Assembly: GCA_036677065.1 (NCBI GenBank)
Contig: JAKFBS010000002.1
Coordinates: forward strand, 256,001 to 320,000
Direction: 5' to 3'
Source: Bdellovibrio sp.
GTDB lineage: Bacteria; Bdellovibrionota; Bdellovibrionia; Bdellovibrionales; Bdellovibrionaceae
Length of the DNA: 64,000 nucleotides
Below, one piece after another: positions 29,066 to 38,317 of the stretch. Both the position numbers and the translations under genes were made by a program. Numbering within the stretch: the first letter of the stretch is position 1; every line of letters starts with the position of its first letter. Under the pieces are notes generated by a model. It did no database searches. It was not told the DNA's origin and was given only the letters and a program-made list of their open reading frames with translations.

Positions 29066-30631
29066 ATGAAACAAGAAAATCTAGGAATCAAAAGAGCTTT
29101 AATAAGTGTTTCAGATAAAACTGGAATTGATAAGATCGCAAAGTTTTTATTCGAGTATAAAGTTGAGCTAATCTCAACTGGCGGAACAAAAAAATACTTA
29201 GAAGAATTAGGCTTACCGGTGACAAGCGTTGAATCATTAACTGGAAACCCAGAAGCTTTCGGTGGCCGCATGAAATCGATCAGTTTTCAGGTTTCATCAG
29301 GACTGCTGTTTCGCAGATACGTTGATCAAGATCAGAAAGAATCAAAAGCTCTAAATATCAATCCAATCGATTTAGTGATTTGCAACCTGTACCCATTTGA
29401 AAAATACATGAACCAAAATTCAACTGAAGATGTATTAATCGAAAATATCGATATCGGCGGCCCGCTAATGCTTCGTGCAGCTGCTAAAAACTACGAATCA
29501 GTGACGGTTTTATCAGGTGCTCACGAATACATGAATTTCATGACTCACTTTATGGAAAATAAAGGTCAGACGAATTTTGAATTTCGCAGAACACAAGCTG
29601 TTAAGACTTTCGTGCGCATCGCTGAATACGATCAAGCAATCGCACAAGAATTAACTAAAAACTACTTGCCAGAAATGAATCAAACTTTGCGCTACGGTGA
29701 AAATCCTCACCAAACAGCAAGTTTACAAATCAAAAATAACACTGACTCACAAATTACTTTAGCTAAAGCTCAGTTCATCCAAGGTAAAGAATTATCTTAT
29801 AATAACTGGATGGATGCAGACAGCGCTTGGCGCGTAATGAGTGATATCGCTCATGCAACAAAAGATAAGTATGTTACCGCTGTGATTAAGCACGCAAACC
29901 CATGCGGGCTTGCGGCTACTGACGACAGTCTTAATTCTTTAACTGAAGCCTGGAATGGCGATAATATTTCTAGCTTTGGCGGAATCATTGCCTGTTCATA
30001 TACCGTAGAAGCCAAACACGCCGAATTCTTAACTCAGAATTTTATCGAAGTTTTAATCGCTCCAGACTTTACACCTGAAGCTTTAGCAGTATTCACAAAA
30101 AAGAAAAACGTTCGTTTATTAAAAACTCCGCTCCGTGAATATAAGCAAAAAGAAACCATGATGCGCAGTATTTCAGGCGGAGTTTTAATTCAAGACGAAG
30201 ATGAGAGATCTTTAAAATCAGAAGAAGCTAAGATGGTGACTCAAATTCCATTTTCAACTCACCACCAATCTCTAGTTGATTTTGGTGTGATCGCTTGTAA
30301 ACATTTAAAAAGTAATGGCATCGCCTTAGTTGCAAAAACGGCTCAAGGTTTTTCATTAGTAGGAACCGGCATGGGTCAACCAAACCGTTTAGATTCTTTA
30401 CGCCTATTAGCCGTTCACCGCGCGAAAATGAAAAATATCCCGATGGATCAAGTTTTAATGATTTCAGATGCTTTTTTTCCATTCGCCGATTCAGTCGATG
30501 TGTGTAACGAAGTTGGTATTAAAGCTATCGTTCAGCCGGGCGGAAGTATCCGTGATCCAGATGTAATCGCAGCGTGTGATAAATATGGTATTGCAATGAT
30601 GATGACGGGCGTTCGTCACTTTAGACATTAA
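29066..30631 (+). CDS. purH: Bifunctional AICAR transformylase/IMP cyclohydrolase
   Basis: RALISVSDK, ENIDIGGP, LRYGENPHQ, KHANPCG, SDAFFPF, RHFRH; GAGG RBS. Confidence 0.96.
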   Translation: MKQENLGIKRALISVSDKTGIDKIAKFLFEYKVELISTGGTKKYLEELGLPVTSVESLTGNPEAFGGRMKSISFQVSSGLLFRRYVDQDQKESKALNINPIDLVICNLYPFEKYMNQNSTEDVLIENIDIGGPLMLRAAAKNYESVTVLSGAHEYMNFMTHFMENKGQTNFEFRRTQAVKTFVRIAEYDQAIAQELTKNYLPEMNQTLRYGENPHQTASLQIKNNTDSQITLAKAQFIQGKELSYNNWMDADSAWRVMSDIAHATKDKYVTAVIKHANPCGLAATDDSLNSLTEAWNGDNISSFGGIIACSYTVEAKHAEFLTQNFIEVLIAPDFTPEALAVFTKKKNVRLLKTPLREYKQKETMMRSISGGVLIQDEDERSLKSEEAKMVTQIPFSTHHQSLVDFGVIACKHLKSNGIALVAKTAQGFSLVGTGMGQPNRLDSLRLLAVHRAKMKNIPMDQVLMISDAFFPFADSVDVCNEVGIKAIVQPGGSIRDPDVIAACDKYGIAMMMTGVRHFRH

Positions 30632-30641
30632 GAGGGGGCTC

Positions 30642-31655
30642 ATGGCTATTTCATATAAAGACAGTGGTGTAGACATCGATAAAGCCGACGTGTTTGTGAA
30701 TAAAATTTCACAAATGGTAAAGTCGACTTACAATCAGAATGTAGTGAGTGGGGTAGGGGGCTTCTGCGCTCTTTATAAAATGGATCAAGAAAGATTCTTA
30801 GCTTCAAGTACGGATGGGGTAGGGACTAAGCTAAAACTTGCAATCGAACTTAATAAGCACGACACGATTGGTATAGATCTAGTAGCAATGTGTGTGAACG
30901 ATTTAATTTGCTCGGGTGCAAAACCATTATTTTTCTTAGATTATTTCGCAAGTTCAAAACTAAATTTAAATGTTTCTGAAAAAATCATCGAAGGCATCGT
31001 TGAAGGATGTTTACAGTCAAAAATGGTCTTAATTGGTGGTGAAACAGCAGAAATGCCAGGAATGTATCAAGATGGTGATTACGATCTAGCAGGGTTTTCA
31101 GTGGGCGAAGTGTTCACGCATAATTTAGTCGACGGCACGAAATTAAAAGATGGTGACACCCTAGTTGCAATTCACAGCTCAGGATTTCACTCTAATGGCT
31201 ATTCGTTAGTCAGAAAAATTATCACTGATGTGGCTACTAAGCAGTTATCAGCGACTGAATTAGAAACTCTAAAAAAAGATTGTTTAACTCCAACCAAAAT
31301 TTACGTAAATAGTGTTTTGAATTTATTAACGAAATACAAAGATAACATCAAAGGTCTTGCGAATATTACAGGGTCTGGCTTTTTAAACATTCCGCGAATG
31401 AACGAAAAATTTGATTACCATTGCACGCAAACGGCAACCTTACCTGCATTTATGCAAACAGTATGTCAAATGAGCGGCTTATCAGAGTTAGAGCTGCATA
31501 AGACATTTAATATGGGCGTGGGCTTTGTGATCGCAACTGACAAGCCAGAACAAGTCATGCAGATGCTGCATGAGCAAGGCGAGAAGTCTTTCGTATTAGG
31601 CTTGGTAAAATCAGGCATGGGACAGGTTTTTTTAAAAGGCGAAGAAATCATCTAA
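30642..31655 (+). CDS. purM: AIR synthetase
   Basis: YKDSGVDI, DGVGTK, AMCVND, GGETAEMP, SSGFHSNGYS, TFNMGVG. Confidence 0.97.
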   Translation: MAISYKDSGVDIDKADVFVNKISQMVKSTYNQNVVSGVGGFCALYKMDQERFLASSTDGVGTKLKLAIELNKHDTIGIDLVAMCVNDLICSGAKPLFFLDYFASSKLNLNVSEKIIEGIVEGCLQSKMVLIGGETAEMPGMYQDGDYDLAGFSVGEVFTHNLVDGTKLKDGDTLVAIHSSGFHSNGYSLVRKIITDVATKQLSATELETLKKDCLTPTKIYVNSVLNLLTKYKDNIKGLANITGSGFLNIPRMNEKFDYHCTQTATLPAFMQTVCQMSGLSELELHKTFNMGVGFVIATDKPEQVMQMLHEQGEKSFVLGLVKSGMGQVFLKGEEII

Positions 31656-32428
31656 AGATATAAACGGGTAACTCGTTCTAACGAGTTACAGTACTTAGAA
31701 AATGATCCACGCTCTAATTCAAAAACACGGATTAAATCTAAATACCAAAGTGGAACACGGCTTTCGCATTTTAGTTCTAATATAGCTAAGCTTTCGGTGC
31801 TGTTGCCATCATCAAAGATTAAAGAAGAGTCGTAGTTAATCATTTCACGGTCTTTAGGCCAAAGATTAAACGTGTTTTCTTCTTTGCATCTTAGGTCGAC
31901 GTCAAAAGTAATACGTACGTAATCTTCACAGTTTGATAAAAAAGCACGACGACGATACTGGGTTAAGACCTGCGGCTGAACATTATAAAGCTGAGCATAA
32001 CTTAAAAATTTTTCTAAGTTTTTCATCGACGATTTATCAACATCTTCTGGCTTATATGTTCCGTGAAAAACTGATTCAATATCTGCTGTTTTAACCTTAG
32101 CGCGGCTTTTCTTTACGAAGTCGGCGGTCTTTTCTTTAACTTCGAAAAAATATGGTGGCTTTGGGTCATCGCCGTAAGAGCGGATGCGCATATTAAAACG
32201 CTTCGGGTTAACACCATCACTGTTATGATAAAAAGACTGAACCGGAGAATCGAAATAAAGCGAATTAATGGTATAAAAACTGTCTGGCGATATCTGCGAA
32301 TAATAATCCATGTCGCAATAGGCTTTTACGTATTCTGAAATAGGGTCGACAAGGCGGTACGGGATTAAGTACTTAATCTCGTAGCGTTCAAACATGAGTG
32401 GCGAAACGCCGCCGTCGTTATTTGACAT
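31652..32428 (-). CDS. VTC-domain (polyphosphate polymerase, CYTH/triphosphate tunnel fold) protein
   Basis: RYEIKY, INSLYFD, RIRSY, FEVKEK, YRRRAF, RITFD, ILELK, FSKY motifs. Confidence 0.88.
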   Translation of the reverse strand: MSNNDGGVSPLMFERYEIKYLIPYRLVDPISEYVKAYCDMDYYSQISPDSFYTINSLYFDSPVQSFYHNSDGVNPKRFNMRIRSYGDDPKPPYFFEVKEKTADFVKKSRAKVKTADIESVFHGTYKPEDVDKSSMKNLEKFLSYAQLYNVQPQVLTQYRRRAFLSNCEDYVRITFDVDLRCKEENTFNLWPKDREMINYDSSLIFDDGNSTESLAILELKCESRVPLWYLDLIRVFELERGSFSKYCNSLERVTRLYL

Positions 32429-33539
32429 ACTTGCGTAATTCCATGAGCGTCAGTGGGCGTTCAGTTTCATACATCAGCGTTAAGATTTTATCTAAGATAG
32501 TTGTTTTTAAAGAAATAAGCTTTGCGTTCTTTTCAAATTTATTTTTTTGCATTCCCTGAATCGTTTGCAAATCGATCACGCTGTAGATGTTTTTCTTATT
32601 CGAAAGAAATTTATCTTCTTTAAAGCTGGATTTTTGCAGAGACTGCATAAGTTCGATATCGTCTTTAAGAGTCGCTTTGATATTTTTTAATTCATTTGTT
32701 CTGGTTTGCGTGTTTGTACGTTCGGTTAACAGCTTACGTTGTAAGTTGTAGCGGTCAGAATAATACAGGGTTTTTTCTTCGCGTAAGAAGTTAATATTAA
32801 AAACAGCCTTTAATCCAAAAGCGCCTTCGCTATTTTCTTTTTCATAGTCTTTTTCATAAGTGACTTCAAAACCATCAAAAACGGCAAAATCCTCGGCACG
32901 TTTGTATTCATACTCGGCCATAGCAAGTCTTGCATAGAGATCATAAGCTTTGCCAGACTGTGATGATAAAGAGTCTGTATTTAAATTATCTATAAGATTA
33001 TGAATATTTTTAACATTCAATACAGCTTCTTCGGGAACTTGATCCCAGGTGATGCGCATTTGCCCTAAGAGCGGCATGAGCTCATTTTTTTGCTCATTAA
33101 GTTCTAGACCTAACAGTTGTTTATCTTCATCGGCAGCGATGATTTTAAACACAGTACTGACGTCCGTGTTTGAATTTTCGTATGTTGCCGTTAATGAATC
33201 ACGAAAGCGACTCATCCACTTGTTGTATTCAGTGTATTGCTTTTGTTTTTGTTTAATATCCAAAGCTTGAATAAAATTGCGGATGTTATTCAAATCCACT
33301 TCTGAATTGATGAACTGGCTGTTGATAGATTTAAACTTACGGTCAATCTCTTTAACTTTGCGCCATTTTTTAAACTCTTCGATGCCGTAAAGTTTAAATT
33401 TTAATGAATATTCATACTTTTGACCTTCAAGATCGTTATTGCCGATACTGAGTTGGGCATCTTTAAAAGGAGACTGAAAGCCAAAGGCTTTTAATCCAAA
33501 CAAGCATAAAATAGTTAAAAGTAAATTACTGTGCTTCAT
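32418..33539 (-). CDS. Secreted protein, putative TolC-like outer membrane channel
   Basis: Start MKHSNLLL with signal peptide. Two putative beta-hairpins (AQLSIG..YEYSLKFKL; FEVTYEK..FGLKAVFNINF), each followed by long helical segments. Adjacent to a HlyD-like gene. Confidence 0.5.
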   Translation of the reverse strand: MKHSNLLLTILCLFGLKAFGFQSPFKDAQLSIGNNDLEGQKYEYSLKFKLYGIEEFKKWRKVKEIDRKFKSINSQFINSEVDLNNIRNFIQALDIKQKQKQYTEYNKWMSRFRDSLTATYENSNTDVSTVFKIIAADEDKQLLGLELNEQKNELMPLLGQMRITWDQVPEEAVLNVKNIHNLIDNLNTDSLSSQSGKAYDLYARLAMAEYEYKRAEDFAVFDGFEVTYEKDYEKENSEGAFGLKAVFNINFLREEKTLYYSDRYNLQRKLLTERTNTQTRTNELKNIKATLKDDIELMQSLQKSSFKEDKFLSNKKNIYSVIDLQTIQGMQKNKFEKNAKLISLKTTILDKILTLMYETERPLTLMELRKYVK

Positions 33540-35310
33540 TGATAAAGTAGTAAGGTTCGTTTTTACCTTCGTCAAAAACACCAAGGATTTCATTTTTCAT
33601 ACCTAAGGCAATACCTTCTAGTTGGTTGACCGGAAATGTTTTGAGCAGTTTTAAGTTGTCGCTAGTTAGTTTATTCGTTTTCCATAAAGCACTGCAGTTC
33701 GCTTTTTTGCAAGTTGTAGAAATATAGTATGTGCCGTTTGAAAATACCAAATCACTTAAACCCATTTTGTTATCATCTGCAGTTTCAGTTTTGCCTTCAA
33801 AATTAAGTTTTGCTTCAAGACTAACTTGTTGCGGGTGAAAGTATTTGTTTGTGAAAATATATTCTTTGTTAATTAAACGCAGAATATAGCTTTCATTGCT
33901 TTCAGCATGTGGTGCTTTTAAAGCTAACAAAATATCATTTCCAACCAAAGTCATGCCTTCGATATCTAGATCACCCTTTTTGACAGTGCTTGCCTGAATA
34001 GTCGCTGCCAATTTTTGCAGTTCTTTTTGTTCAGATTTCGCCATTGCTGCTAATAACAACGGGCGTAATTCAAAGCTAGAAACTGCAGTTAGCTCTAAGC
34101 CAACGCGTTTCACTTTAACGATTAAGCTTCTGTTCTTTTTGATGTCACCGCTTGAATTACGAGATTGTGAAGATAAAAGATAAATAAAGTTATCATCCTG
34201 AGCAATCGATTCGATATCCATGATCTCAGTCAGGTTTTTAATTTTTAAGGTCTCATTATCAAGGCTGCCATCACGGTTCATGAGAAATAATAATGGCGAA
34301 TGCGCTTCGTCAGTATCATCGCTAATCACTAAGTACTTATTTAAATCCGCAAGCCAGATAGCTCCAGAGGGTTCAAATTTGGATTGTTCATAAGTAGCCG
34401 ATGGGATCATCATTTTCTTTAAAGAAAATTGGCTAGAAGTCTCGAAAAGACCAAGGTCGCTTTTCGAAGCGTTAGCTAAGGCCATAAAACTTAAAAATGG
34501 TTTTGATGGGTCTACGGCAACTTTTTCACCAATTAACAATTGTGTGTGTTCGCTTAATTCTAAGGTCACTTCGCGGCCGTAAGCGACCATATTTTGAAAT
34601 TTCAATAAACGCAGAGGCATCTCAACAGTTCTGCGCCCTACATTTTTAACTACTGCTGTAGAGACAACATTGGCGCGAGTTGCCGAGCGAACTTTAACCA
34701 CTTGGCCTTCAACTAAATTCACATCAAGGCTTTCGTTGATAAAACCAGTCACGAAAGTAGGTGAGTTGTTTGATAATGTTAAGAGCGTGGCAAAGCCATC
34801 AGCTTTTTCGCCAGTTTTAAAATTAATCGTTCCAACTACGCCATCAGCCGGTGAAAAGACATAAAGGTCTCTTTTCTTTTTTTCTAAATAGTCTTTTTCT
34901 TTAATAAGATCGTTTAGCTCTGATTGCATGGGGTCCATGAACTGGCCTGCATTTTTAGCTATGTTTTTAGATTTAGGAATAATGCGGCCAATTTCTTTGC
35001 GTAAAGTAATTTCTGATTGAAGACGATTCATTCTGAAATCAACATCACGAATTTTTGTATTTAGATCTGATTGTTCAAGTTCTAACAACAGATCTCCTTT
35101 GCGGACATTTTGCCCCTGGATGACGTGGATTCGCTTTACTTCGACAGGGTATTCAAAATTAATCTGCAATTCTTTAGAATCAGCGATTCCTAAAAAACCG
35201 ATGCGTTCTACGCGAATCGAATTATAGAGTACGCCGCAGATGAAGATGGCTGCGATAAGCGAGGCGTAGATGAGGCTGTGCGTTTTTGTCGATATTTTTG
35301 ATTTTTTCAT
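33526..35310 (-). CDS. HlyD-like periplasmic adaptor fused to a C-terminal DUF3616/phytase-like beta-propeller
   Basis: N-terminal TM; lipoyl half-motifs VKRIHVIQGQNVRKGDLL and SPADGVVGTINFKTGE around a coiled coil; C-terminal EPSG..VISDD, DIESIA, SSQS, DIEGMT, LEGIA blades. Confidence 0.75.
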   Translation of the reverse strand: MKKSKISTKTHSLIYASLIAAIFICGVLYNSIRVERIGFLGIADSKELQINFEYPVEVKRIHVIQGQNVRKGDLLLELEQSDLNTKIRDVDFRMNRLQSEITLRKEIGRIIPKSKNIAKNAGQFMDPMQSELNDLIKEKDYLEKKKRDLYVFSPADGVVGTINFKTGEKADGFATLLTLSNNSPTFVTGFINESLDVNLVEGQVVKVRSATRANVVSTAVVKNVGRRTVEMPLRLLKFQNMVAYGREVTLELSEHTQLLIGEKVAVDPSKPFLSFMALANASKSDLGLFETSSQFSLKKMMIPSATYEQSKFEPSGAIWLADLNKYLVISDDTDEAHSPLLFLMNRDGSLDNETLKIKNLTEIMDIESIAQDDNFIYLLSSQSRNSSGDIKKNRSLIVKVKRVGLELTAVSSFELRPLLLAAMAKSEQKELQKLAATIQASTVKKGDLDIEGMTLVGNDILLALKAPHAESNESYILRLINKEYIFTNKYFHPQQVSLEAKLNFEGKTETADDNKMGLSDLVFSNGTYYISTTCKKANCSALWKTNKLTSDNLKLLKTFPVNQLEGIALGMKNEILGVFDEGKNEPYYFINEAQ

Positions 35311-35319
35311 ATTTCAACC

Positions 35320-36003
35320 TTATAAGTCCACGACAGTTTCTTGCATCATGACGTTAACCGCTTTTGCTGTCGGAAGTTTTTGGGCTTCCAGAACCAGGTC
35401 ATGTGAAGTTTTGCCTTTTTTAAATTTAATCTGGTAAGTGTAATCAACACGGTCGCCCTGCGCGACTTCGCGTACGTTTAATAAATAGAAATGCTGGCAG
35501 TAGTTCGTCAGAATGGCTTCTAAGCTACGGACATCTTGCCCCGATTTATCTAAATTCAGACGAAATAAACCATCAAAATAGGTTTCGTTGGCGAAGGGGG
35601 TTTTATGAAGAATTACAGCGACCGCGCCAAAAGCCATGGTTCCAAAAACAGCGATAACATAAGAATGTGCTCCAGCAGCTAAGCCAAGCGCCAGCGAGGC
35701 AAAGATAAAAAACATATCGCGGGGGTCTTTAATATTCGTTCGAAAGCGTAATAAAGAAACGGCGCCCATCATCCCGATACCACGGGCAACGTTATCGCCA
35801 ATGGCTTGCATGGCAATCGCTGTAACGATCGGGCTTAAGATTAACGAGTGGATAAAGTTACGTGAATATGAAAGACCACGAAAAGTTTTAATGTAGGTAA
35901 ATGCGATCGCGCATCCCATGACAAACGATAAACAAAACGCAAAAAGAATCGAAAATTCGCTTAAGTGAGTTGTTGTCGAATTAAGTACGCTAAGATCGAA
36001 CAT
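35320..36003 (-). CDS. DUF4956 membrane protein
   Basis: YSRNFIHSL, IGDNVARGIGMMGAVSLLRFRT.IKDPRD..F.F..LA.G motif; several TM helices plus a soluble C-terminal domain. Confidence 0.88.
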   Translation of the reverse strand: MFDLSVLNSTTTHLSEFSILFAFCLSFVMGCAIAFTYIKTFRGLSYSRNFIHSLILSPIVTAIAMQAIGDNVARGIGMMGAVSLLRFRTNIKDPRDMFFIFASLALGLAAGAHSYVIAVFGTMAFGAVAVILHKTPFANETYFDGLFRLNLDKSGQDVRSLEAILTNYCQHFYLLNVREVAQGDRVDYTYQIKFKKGKTSHDLVLEAQKLPTAKAVNVMMQETVVDL

Positions 36004-36019
36004 AGGTATATGCCTCAGG

Positions 36020-36038
36020 TTACGTTAAGTTTACGTTA
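36020..36038 (-). promoter_or_regulatory. 11-bp-period direct repeat upstream of the DUF4956-VTC operon (OmpR/PhoB-type spacing)
   Basis: TAACGTAA-ACT-TAACGTAA on the minus strand, 16 nt before the ATG. Confidence 0.5.
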
Positions 36039-36152
36039 TTATTTTGACCTGGTATGTTTTCTCAAATTTAGGGCGTTCTATAAATGGAAATATGCTTACA
36101 GAGCATATATTTCACAAAGAGGCGCAAAATTGTTAGACACTTTTTGTTTGAG

Positions 36153-36563
36153 TTAAAGCTCTAAGCAAAGGCTTTTAACAGCTTCTTTAGAGCACTCCCA
36201 CTCCTGTGAATGGACTGGCAGCCCGCCTTGATCCAAATAGGTCACAGTGCCAGATTGGGTGGGAGAGTCGCTCTGTGATTGAAATCTAAATATGAACTTT
36301 TCGCCAAAATCTGTTTTTGATGAAATCGTCAAATTGCTTTTGTCTTTATTGCAGTTAATTTTTGAAATCTGGTAACCAAACGGACGAATACCGTAGGGAA
36401 TATGGCGATCCATGATAATTAGGGATTCTTGAGTGTCGACATAAAGGCGAAGATAAGTCTGAAAAACATCATAGGAATACCAGCGCCGGCAAAGGTCGTA
36501 TTTTTCAGCATGAGCGATTGAGTTTAAGAAGATGAAAGTTAAAAATAGAATAATATTTTTCAA
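36153..36563 (-). CDS. Hypothetical secreted protein
   Basis: TTG start, signal peptide ending AHA, four Cys. Confidence 0.7.
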   Translation of the reverse strand: MKNIILFLTFIFLNSIAHAEKYDLCRRWYSYDVFQTYLRLYVDTQESLIIMDRHIPYGIRPFGYQISKINCNKDKSNLTISSKTDFGEKFIFRFQSQSDSPTQSGTVTYLDQGGLPVHSQEWECSKEAVKSLCLEL

Positions 36564-36647
36564 AATGTAAGGCCTTTCGATGATGGAATCCGAAGACCTT
36601 ATGCAATATTTATTCTAAGTCAGATCGGGGTATGTAGCCCCGTTTGA

Positions 36648-38303
36648 TTAGCGGCTTTTTTCTCTGTGGTTATCGCGGTGATTGGATCTTCCGCCATCAT
36701 GCCCTTGGCGAGATTCAGAAACGACCGTCTCGCGAACCACAACCACTTTAATTTGCCCGGGGTACTGCATCTCTTCTTCAATAGTTTTTGCGATCTTTTC
36801 AGCGATTTGTAACGCTCCTAAATCGTCAACCTGGCGCGAGTTAACTAAAACCCTGCATTCACGGCCACCATTAAGGACAAACACGTCAGTGACGCCTTGG
36901 AAGCGTTTAGAGATCTCTTGAAGGCCGGTTACTTTTTGCGTGTAAGTTTCCATAGTTGATCTGCGTGCGCCTGGGCGACCGCCTGAAATCGCATCGGCTG
37001 CGATCACTAAAAAGTCCATGTCGGCTTCTGGCTGCACATCATAGTGATGGGCGCGAACGGCATGAACCACTTCAGGGTCTTCACCACGAGCTTCGATGAA
37101 ATCAGCACCAATGACCGCATGTGATCCATCGAATTGGTGATCCAGGGCTTTACCCAAGTCATGCAGTAACCCTGCACGTTTTGATTTTTTAATATCTGCG
37201 CGAATTTCTGCAGCTAAAAGTGAAGCAAACCAGCCCACTTCAGCACAGTGAAAGTATTGATTTTGGGTGTAAGAATAACGGTAACGAAGTGAACCCATCA
37301 CTTGGCGAATTTCAGGATGGATATTTTGCATCGCTAATTCTTTAGCTTGAAGATCGCCATCTTTTTTAATCTGTCGCAATAATTCGGCTTTTAAGTTTTC
37401 GCCGGTTTTACGGATGTGTTCTGCAGGTAAAGGTTTATTCTGTTTTTCGATGTCTTTAAATAGTTTTTCAAAAAGACGGCGAGTCAATTCACGACGAACC
37501 GGATCGTAGCCAATAACCTGAATATTCAACATTCTTTCAGGATCTGGTTGTTCGTCGATAAAAATATCACAGCCCGTGACCTCTTCAACAGCGGCCACAT
37601 TGTCTTTTAAAGCATGGCAGAAATGACCACGAACTCTTTCGTCCGGAAAATAAGTTGAAGAGATATTTCTTTCGGTGCTCATTTCTTTAGTGAAACGATC
37701 AATGCATAAACCTAAAATGCGTTTTGCTTTAGCTTCAGCAAAAGCTTTATGTTCTTCTTCTGCAAAATTAATATAATTTTCGTAATCTTGGTTAGCCTCA
37801 GTAATTAATTGCGTTGTGATATCCTGAATCACTTCTTCTTTTTTTAACTGGGTTTTTGTGTGCAATTGATTTTGGTAATTTTCATTGAACTGATTTAATT
37901 GATCAACGAAAACCTGAAAAGATTTTTGTTGGTCGGCTAAACGCATTGATAATTCGCGAAGCTCGGTTTCCATTTTAAATAAACCACCACGATTTGTTTT
38001 ATCTGTTTCTTCGTGTGATTTTTTGCGCTCTGCAATTTGTTGTTCTAAATCAGTGCAGCGGCCTTCCATTAATAAATGCGCTTCTTCGACTTTGCCCCAC
38101 GCGGTTAATTCAATTTCTTGAATCACTTCATTGCGTTCATCTTCTTCTAATTGAAACTGATCCTGGGCCTCTTTTAAAAGCTCATTGGCTTCAAGGTGGG
38201 CTTCTTTAAGTATCATACGTTCGACGGCTTTTTTGATGGCGAAAATCACAACGCCGCCTAATAAAAATCCGATCACAAAATTCATAACTGTTATTAAACT
38301 CAT
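36648..38303 (-). CDS. rny: Ribonuclease Y (divergent KH domain)
   Basis: N-terminal TM, long coiled coil, GYDPVRRE, GLLHDLGKA HD motif, AADAISGGRPGARR, YPGQIKVVVVRE. Confidence 0.88.
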   Translation of the reverse strand: MSLITVMNFVIGFLLGGVVIFAIKKAVERMILKEAHLEANELLKEAQDQFQLEEDERNEVIQEIELTAWGKVEEAHLLMEGRCTDLEQQIAERKKSHEETDKTNRGGLFKMETELRELSMRLADQQKSFQVFVDQLNQFNENYQNQLHTKTQLKKEEVIQDITTQLITEANQDYENYINFAEEEHKAFAEAKAKRILGLCIDRFTKEMSTERNISSTYFPDERVRGHFCHALKDNVAAVEEVTGCDIFIDEQPDPERMLNIQVIGYDPVRRELTRRLFEKLFKDIEKQNKPLPAEHIRKTGENLKAELLRQIKKDGDLQAKELAMQNIHPEIRQVMGSLRYRYSYTQNQYFHCAEVGWFASLLAAEIRADIKKSKRAGLLHDLGKALDHQFDGSHAVIGADFIEARGEDPEVVHAVRAHHYDVQPEADMDFLVIAADAISGGRPGARRSTMETYTQKVTGLQEISKRFQGVTDVFVLNGGRECRVLVNSRQVDDLGALQIAEKIAKTIEEEMQYPGQIKVVVVRETVVSESRQGHDGGRSNHRDNHREKSR

Positions 38304-38317
38304 AATTAAATCTATCC

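Noticed and set aside
22353..29066. Long overlaps or apparent frameshifts between pur genes implied by the ORF-track starts
   Set aside because: Downstream ATGs (22431, 24738, 29066) give normal N-termini and ordinary translational coupling.
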